Shown here one piece after another: positions 21,474 through 29,145 of a stretch of DNA of 29,145 nucleotides. The stretch is from Octopus sinensis (Eukaryota). Every line of letters begins with the position of its first letter. Positions within the stretch are counted from its first letter, which is position 1. Made by a program: the position numbers and the translations under genes. The notes under the pieces are model-generated. The model did not search any database. It saw only the letters and a list, made by a program, of their open reading frames with translations, and had not been told where the DNA came from. The stretch is from positions 1 through 29,145 of the forward strand of contig NW_021833187.1 in NCBI RefSeq assembly GCF_006345805.1. The letters run 5' to 3'.

Positions 21474-21900
21474 GGCGCAGGCGTGGTTGTATGGTAAGAA
21501 CCATATGGTTCCGCGATTAGTTCTACTGTGTGACACCATAGGCAAATGTCATCTATAATAGCCTGGCCCGATCGAAGCCTTCTGGGTGGATTGTTTGGAC
21601 AAATTTTGAAGTCCGTCGTGCACACACACACACACACACACACATATTTATATGTATGTATGTATGCATGTATGTATGTATGTATGTATGTATGTATGTA
21701 TGTATGTATGTATGTATGTATCTCCCACCTTCGCTTGACAACCGGTGTCGGTATGTTTACGTCCACGTAACTTAGCGGCTCGACAAGCCGACCTATTGAA
21801 TAAGTCTCAGGCGTATCGATGCATTCGACTAAAACTTCTTCAAGGCGATGCCACAGCATGGCCACAGTCTAATAACTGAAACATGTAAAACAACAAAAAA
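21474..21900 (+). mobile_element. tRNA-derived SINE, family I, full length, diverged
   Basis: Collinear with 19280-19696. The internal microsatellite has expanded to (CA)n plus (TATG)n. Confidence 0.82.
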
Positions 21901-22874
21901 TATGAAAGATAATTAGTTAACTCTTGACTAATTAAATAATCGATTGTTTGATTAATCGTTCGGTCATCAATCAATCAGCTAGGTTTGTCAGTCATTTCGT
22001 TGCCACTCACAACCTCATCGATGATATATCCTTTCTACTCCAACTTTATTTCAGTTAAATGCTAACTAATTGGTTGTTAATGATAAAAGAAGTGCAAAAG
22101 AACCTGCGCGTCTGTTTAATATTGGCCTAACGACCCTCCCGAGGTGCAACAAAATCATAAACCATAGCTGTACTGTATTATTTGTTTATCCTTAAAAGAA
22201 AATTATTATTTTACTAATCTGTATGCCTATTCATTTTTGCTGTATGTAACAGCTTGTTTGCCTTTATTTTTTAACATTGTTGAATTCTGTCAAGTTACTT
22301 AATGTCAACGCAGATGACCAGCTGATAGGCCGCAAGACTGCGCGTTAATCGATGCGAAAGGCCAGCAAAAATTTCACATGTTCTGCTTGAGAAAGCTTGT
22401 TGCTTACTTAAACAGCTCATAACGTCGCTGTTGTTATCACGTTGTTGTCTTCGTGGCTGTTGTTGTTATTTTTTTTTGTTTTCATTTATAGCTATAATAA
22501 TGGTTGCTTTGTCCTCATAATCGTTATTGCAGTGGAGCGGCAGAAAAAAAATATATTCTGTACCCACTAAATGCCTACCAGTGTATAAAAAAGTTGTCTT
22601 GGTCCTTTAGACTTCTGGCTAATGTACCAATCAGCTACTTGTTTCTGTTTAAAGCAAGTTCAGCTCTCAACGAAGGGCTTTTCCAAACACGACCAGTGTT
22701 TTCGTACAGAGATGATATATCTAGGACAACGTTATTCAGCGTGTCCTTCACAGAACAAAAGATGTCTGTAATCTCCTCCCTATTATGTCTTTTTACAACT
22801 GTTAACTTCCAATAATTTAAACAACTTTAACGCCTTGAGTACCACCAGTCTGCAATAGCTAACGAAACTCACTC

Positions 22875-23393
22875 CCGTAAATCCTCGAGTATAATCCGCA
22901 TTTTTCCCCCAAAATTTAAAGGTCAAAATCACAAGTGCGTACTATATACGAGGTTAAAAATGAAAAATATTTTCTAAGCAGTATGTCCGAGTCAGTATTT
23001 GCTGTCCGGCAATGTTTATTCAGATGCATTTTTGATGTCGGATGCGAAAATACCTTAAGCTAAGCCTGAAAGCAATGAAGTCTTAAATGAATCATCCATA
23101 ACTTGCAGTAAGCAACATTTATTAAAATAAAAGTATTCAGAACACAGAATGACATATAACAAAAACAATTTGCAAACATTTACATTCCCATATAACAGTT
23201 AAGAACATCACCATTATTGTATTACGCATGCGCGGAAGTGCTTGTTCGACTAGGTGCTGCTGACTTCATTATGTACGACTCAAGTTAGAGAAGGGTTGCG
23301 TGTTATACACAAGGTTTAGGTTTTTCAGAAGTACAGCCCCCTAAAAATCCCCTACGAAATACTCAAGGGCGGACTATACTCGAGGATTTACGG
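22875..23393. mobile_element. MITE with 25-bp TIRs (Tc1/mariner-pogo-like)
   Basis: CCGTAAATCCTCGAGTATAATCCGC (22875-22899) and GCGGACTATACTCGAGGATTTACGG (23369-23393) are a 24/25 inverted match. The right flank is TA and the left flank TC. No ORF. Confidence 0.82.
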
Positions 23394-23654
23394 TACTCCT
23401 TCAAGAACCAGCGAGTGAAATGAAAACTGCTTTGTGTTATTGGTAATTTCTCTTTTCACATTTTACCCCTCTTAGCTTTCCTTGGTGAAAGATAATTATC
23501 CGAAACGTTTTACGCTTCTTATTTCTTATGTCCTCCTTTCAGAGCTGCGCTTTATTATCGTTGTTCTGTTTCATTACTGATGCCTTTTACTCTGTTGATT
23601 GACTCATAATAGGCACAAAGAGAAGGGGATGGCTTTGTGATATTTAGTCATGTC

Positions 23655-23815
23655 AAGGCAGTGAGCTGGCAGAACCGTTAGCACGCCGGACAAAATGCTT
23701 AGCGGCATTTAGTCCGTTATCACGTTCTGAGTTCAAATACTGCCGAAACTGGCGTTGCCTTTGATCCTTCCGAGGTCGAAATAAGCAATAGTTATGAATT
23801 GGATCAATCTAATAT
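23655..23815 (+). mobile_element. tRNA-derived SINE, family II 5' part
   Basis: AAGGCAGTGAGCTGGCAGAACCGTTAGCACGCCGG (A-box-like) and GAGTTCAAATAC (B-box-like). Confidence 0.72.
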
Positions 23816-23817
23816 AT

Positions 23818-23895
23818 TATTTTATTCTTTTATTCTTTTATTTGTTTCAATCATGACTGCGGCCATGCTGGAGCACCACCTTTAGTCGAACAAAT
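23818..23895 (-). mobile_element. SINE family I 3' tail fragment
   Basis: TTTTATTCTTTTATTC...GACTGCGGCCATGCTGGAGCACCACCTTTAGTCGAACAAATC, as at 1620-1690. Confidence 0.72.
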
Positions 23896-23923
23896 CCATC
23901 CATCCATCCACCCATCTATCCAT

Positions 23924-24080
<157 letters not shown>

Positions 24081-24785
24081 CATATTTGTTCAAAATTATT
24101 CTAGCTATGTTTATCACACGTGTTATTTTTAAACTCAACTCACAGACATGTCAATCAAGGACTACATCATCCAATATGTTATTCCTTAATTTAAAAAACA
24201 AAATGTTGGAGTGGGGGGTGGGGTGATTTAACGAAGAGCTGCTTTTTGTTTCTAGCACGGAGACGAACAACGTAGAGGTTGTTTCATTATCTGGATAATA
24301 CACGGTTTAACTATATTTTCATTATCGCTGTGCTTATAGACAGGAGACATGGTTAGATGGTCAGGTAGTTGGGAGGTTAGCGGTGGGGTTGGGGACAGTA
24401 AATAGTGTCGGCTGTTTCTTTAGTAATGTTGGGGGTAAAGGGTTATGGGTGAGGTGGTGAAGTCGCTCTAATTAAGGGCGATGAGGTTGCCCCTATATTC
24501 TGACTTGTATAAGGTCAGAAGGTCAACAAACCAGTTTTTAGAGTCCAACGCGAGGATTCCTTACTTGCCAACGAAATCTCACGCGTCAACATCAACTTAA
24601 AACAGACCAAGACAATTCGCGCATGCGCACGTAAACACACGTGTACATACACACGCATGTATAAACATATTTGCAAACACACACACACACGCATGTGCGC
24701 GCGCACACACACACTTGCGAGTACACATACGCACACTCAGTCAGATACGTTGATTAGAAACAAAACCGCTTAACACAAACACATA

Positions 24786-24823
<38 letters not shown>

Positions 24824-25538
24824 ACACAAACACAAATATACAAAGGCGCGTAAACAAACACTACAAATACGTTAACGTAGACAAACACACATACACACAC
24901 ACACATGCATAGATATATATATATATATATACACACACACATGCATAGATATACACACACACACACACACATACATGATAGATATACAGACACAGGCACA
25001 CGTGTGCTCAAACACAAACATAGATTAAAAAACGTTACTATCCATCATAAACCTTAACAAAAAAGTACACACACACACATACACTCGTGTACACATCCAC
25101 ATATAAACAATGTTAAATGAAAGCATACAAAGGAATATAAACTCTAACGCTTAAATATTTGATTTTGTAAGATTCCTGATGTGAAATCGTGTGCTGAAAC
25201 AGATATTGTTATATTTCGGGACGGTCATATTTTTCTTGCTAAGTAAACACACGCACTGTATATTCGTTCTTCATTATTGTTCGTATTTTATCGTTCGTAT
25301 TTTATCTTATGTCCATTGTCTGAAAATCCTTCGTCACACACCTGCGACCTCTTCAGTGACTCTTCCCATTCGTGTGTCTCCTATTCTGTTTAGTCCATTT
25401 TCTAATAAACTCTAAGACAGCACGCACACACACACACACACACACACATACACACACACAATCACATACACTCACAGTCACATAGACGCACGCACGCACA
25501 CACATACACACATACAATCATCACTGAATGAATATATA

Positions 25539-25703
25539 GACGCAGTCGTGGCTGTGGTAAGAAACTTGCTTCCCAACCACATGGTTCTGGGATCAGTCCC
25601 ACTGTGTGACACCTTGGGCAAGTGTTTTCTACTAACTAGAGCATCGGGCCGACCAAAATCTTGTGAGCGGATTTGGTAGACAGAAACTGAAAAAAAGCCC
25701 GTC

Positions 25704-25763
<60 letters not shown>

Positions 25764-25950
25764 GTCTTTATGTCAGTGTTTGTCCCTCCCCCACCATTGC
25801 TTGATAACCAATGCTGATGTGTTTATGCCTCCGTAAGCTAGTGGTTCGCCAAAGGTTACTGATAGAATATGTAATGGGCTTACAAAGAATAGTCCATTTG
25901 TTCGACTAAAAACACGTTAAACCATTGCTCCAGCTTGGCCGCTGTCAAAC
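25539..25950 (+). mobile_element. tRNA-derived SINE, family I, near full length
   Basis: Head GACGCAGTCGTGGCTGTGGTAAG, CACCTTGGGCAAGTG, internal (TA)n, and 3' body to CCAGCTTGGCCGC. Confidence 0.82.
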
Positions 25951-26216
25951 ACACACACACATGCCTACGCGTACACAAACATCAGCAAATCGAGTTTAAA
26001 ATTTTTCCTGATTTCTAAATAAAGGATTTGTGACATGGGTGTAGTCAATTAACAGTAATTTTTCTCGCACACATACATATACATACACACACAATCTGGC
26101 TCACACACATACACACACATTCCGGTCTCTATTACTGACAAATAGTCTCAATTTTGGGGAAGACCATATTGACCGGTGGTCAGCAAACTTATTTCGCTGC
26201 GGTACCTTCACACAAT

Positions 26217-26445
26217 TCTTTTATTCTTTTACTTGTTTCAGTTATTAGACTGCGGCCATGCTGGGGCATTGCCAAGAGGGAATTTTTAGTCGAATGAATC
26301 GACCCTAGTACTTACTTTTATTTTAACCCCTGGTGCTAATTTTATCGGTTAATTTTACCGACCCGCTAAGTTAAGGGGAGGTAAACATATCAAAACCGGT
26401 TGTCAAGCGACGCTGGAGTACAAACAGATACAATGACACCAACAC
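26217..26445 (-). mobile_element. SINE family I 3' half
   Basis: TTCTTTTACTTGTTTCAG..GACTGCGGCCATGCTGGGGCA...GGTTGTCAAGCG homology. Confidence 0.72.
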
Positions 26446-26484
26446 ATAAATATACATACGTACATACACACACACCACACACAC

Positions 26485-26520
<36 letters not shown>

Positions 26521-26887
26521 GGAACAAGAAAGCAGTAATTTGAAAAAACTTCAAGCGCAGTGGATTTGAAAAAAATTAAAATCTATAAGCAATGAGACAC
26601 ATGCTGGATTGGCCTCGTTGTTTATATGTTTAATCATTGGCGTCCCTGTTGATGAAGACTTCGCCTGGTAAATTATTTTATTTACTAAAATAAGTCAGAT
26701 ACTATTGTTCCAGGAAAGAGATGGTAAATGTTTTTATTTTTCATTCTCTTCGAGAGTTTATCCCTAATTAGTGGTTTGGAATTTAGCTGTTCTTTCTAGC
26801 GTAAAGGATTCCTATGATGGAAACCTCTTAATGTGTTTAAATGCACTCTGTATTTTATATGAATATATATATATATATATATGTATA

Positions 26888-26993
26888 TGACGGGCTATGG
26901 CAGAAAACACTTGCCCAAGGTGCCACGCAGTGTGACTGAATCCGGAACCATGTGGTTGGGAAGCAAGTTTCTTGCCACAGCCACGCCTGCGCC
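26888..26993 (-). mobile_element. SINE family I 5' half with internal deletion
   Basis: Reverse complement of the head GGCGCAGGCGTGGCTGTGGCAAG...CACCTTGGGCAAGTG. Confidence 0.75.
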
Positions 26994-27077
26994 TATATGT
27001 GTATGTGTGTGTGTGTATATATGTATGGATGTATGCTTGTAAGTGTATATGTACATATATATATACATATATATACA

Positions 27078-27230
27078 ATGGGCTTCTTTAGTTTCCATCA
27101 ACAAATCCACTTAAAAGGCTTTGGTCAGCCCGAAGCTATAAAAAAAGACACTTGCCAAAGGTGTCACGCATTGCGTCTGAACCTGGAACCATGTCGCTGC
27201 AAGGTAAACTTCTTACCACACAGCCACGCC
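27078..27230 (-). mobile_element. SINE family I 5' half
   Basis: Reverse complement of GGCGTGGCTGTGTGGTAAGAAG...CCTTTGGCAAGTGTC...GGAAACTAAAGAAGCCC. Confidence 0.75.
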
Positions 27231-27279
27231 TTAGAAGGAAAGAAAAACACGATGTCTGAAAGACTACTACAGTTTAATA

Positions 27280-27452
27280 CAGCCATTGGCAACCTGCGGC
27301 CCGCGAGACATTCTCAGTGGAAGGCCTTACGAAAAATTACTTTGAAATGCTTAATGTTTCAGCTCGTCTGGTGAGCTATATTACGTGCGGCCCGTGGGAT
27401 GATGTGCTATATCTCATGCAGCCCGCTTCTCAGGAAAGGTTGGACAAGCTTG
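27280..27452. mobile_element. Degenerate hAT/Charlie-like MITE
   Basis: Ends CAGCCATTGGCAACCTGCGGCCC... and ...GCGGCCC...AAAGGTTGGACAAGCTTG resemble hAT MITE termini. The TIR match is weak and there is no clean 8-bp TSD. Confidence 0.4.
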
Positions 27453-27607
27453 GCTCAGTGATATCTCAAAGCCCATTCTTTAAGTGCATGAGCTAGTATG
27501 TATGTATCCAGAATATGTATACATACATAAATACATACATACATACATACATCCATTTACAGAAACACACACACACACTCACACACATACATACATACAT
27601 ACATATA

Positions 27608-27638
<31 letters not shown>

Positions 27639-27817
27639 TCTAGCGTTTGTATGTATTTATGCAAATGTATCATTTAACATTGTAGAAAACACCCAAACCT
27701 TTGCTAATGGTAAAATTTATTAATTATTTTGATTTAACTGCGACTTCGTGTTTAACCTTAACGGTATGAACAAGTCCCACATAATGAGTTTGTGCGAGTG
27801 TGAACATATCTCTATAC

Positions 27818-27907
27818 ATGTATGTATGTATGTATGTATGTATGTATGTATGTATGTATGTATGTATGTATGTATCTATCTATCTATCTATCTATGAATC
27901 TATTTCC

Positions 27908-28006
<99 letters not shown>

Positions 28007-28110
28007 ACTAGCTATCTATCTATATCTATATCTATATATATATCTATCTATCTATATATATACACATACACGCACGCGCGCACACACACACACACACATA
28101 CACACACACA
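27818..28110. repeat. (TATG)n-(TCTA)n-(CA)n compound microsatellite
   Basis: Directly visible. Confidence 0.92.
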
Positions 28111-29036
28111 CAATTCAAAAGGAAATGCTGAATATAGGAAACACGTAGCGGTCCCTTGATTTAAACTTAACCACCAATATCTTTATCGAAGATTTGGTCC
28201 ACGGGATCAAGAGTGGCTATAAGAGCTATAATTAGTTACATCTAGCCATAGATATCAGTATATATATGCGTGTGTGTGTGTGTGTGTGTGTGTGTGGTCT
28301 ACATATACCCAAACACACGCACGCACACACACACATATCTACAGACGAACATATATGCATGCATGTATACAAATGTATATATAAGTATATATATATATAT
28401 ATATTATATGTGTGTATGTGTATGTATGAATATATATGTATATACATTAAAAAAAACCCTAAGAAATAAATAAAATGAAGGAACAGTAAAAGTGCCAGTC
28501 TACCATGAAAAAGAAAAAGGGATGAAAATCAATCCGAAAACATTAATTTTTATCTCTTTCTGTCCCTTGAACTTTCCTAAAATGCGCCCCCCACCACACA
28601 CACATTTTAGACACATACACATGCTTGTATTTTAATGGGACGTGAAGTACCGTCCAGTATAAACTAGGTCATTAACGGGTCAACATTTAGCCGTTAGTAA
28701 CCCATTGTTTTTAAACCAGCTTCACGCTTCATTAACTTCAAGTTATTTCTATGACCCTCGCCATTCATTTAAAGAATGAAGCCAAACATTTTTTTGTTCC
28801 TCTTTAAATTTTATATTACAGCTTTCACCACGGGAGACTTCCTTGATCAGCTGTCGACTGGAGATCACTACCATCTTGGTACCTTCCGACAACATCGTTT
28901 TGTACAGAGCAGAGGTTCTCAAATTTTTTTTTTTTGGGGGGGGGGGCACTGCCCGCCTCGTGGACACATAATACTCTCAGTGCCCCCACCCCTATTTTTA
29001 TGTATAAATAAATATTTCATATTTTACTTATATATA

Positions 29037-29145
29037 GGTGCAGGAGTGGCTGTGTGGTAAGTAGCTTGCTTACCAACCACATGGTTCCGGGTTCAGTCCG
29101 ATTGCGTGACACCTTGGGCAAGTGTCTTTGTCGGGCCAACCAAAG
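29037..29145 (+). mobile_element. SINE family I 5' part, running off the window
   Basis: GGTGCAGGAGTGGCTGTGTGGTAAG...GGGTTCAGTCC...CACCTTGGGCAAGTGTC. Confidence 0.82.

Noticed and set aside
22500-22830. Repeat-free stretch with a 103-aa plus ORF and protein-like minus frames (also 2290-2500)
   Set aside because: No recognisable domain or convincing splice sites, and stops interrupt the minus frame.
23480-23515. Hammerhead-like relic CTTGGTGA-AAGATAATTATCC-GAAA-CGTTTTACG (similar weak cases at 4473, 25176 and minus 25315-25360)
   Set aside because: Each has several core or stem violations; they are possibly old PLE-end debris but are not supportable.
28909-28990. CAGAGGTTCTCAAA hAT-like terminus (also near 26170)
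   Set aside because: Only one end is visible, with no partner TIR or TSD.

Overview
AT-rich, microsatellite-saturated eukaryotic (animal) DNA. The SINE and MITE content resembles Octopus/cephalopod sequence, which is an inference from repeat recognition. No host gene can be called with confidence. The main feature is a 10.3-kb composite Penelope-like retroelement (PLE; RT plus C-terminal GIY-YIG, Naiad-type motifs) at 6968-17238, inserted in a (TA)n tract. It consists of a full minus-strand unit (A), a tandem 5'-truncated unit (B) and an inverted plus-strand unit (C), giving ~4-kb inverted arms. Each of the four pseudo-LTR copies carries a sense-strand type I hammerhead ribozyme with a complete catalytic core, a palindromic stem III and an unusually extended stem II. 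Predicted cleavage sites lie ~3.63 kb apart and bracket the whole ORF. About 1.2 kb upstream is a separate ~600-bp non-coding, retrozyme-like element (478-bp unit plus ~120-bp terminal direct repeat, with a minimal hammerhead), also embedded in (TA)n. The rest is tRNA-derived SINEs, DNA-transposon MITEs or relics and simple repeats. Most ORFs in the supplied track are microsatellite artefacts or antisense shadows of the PLE ORF.
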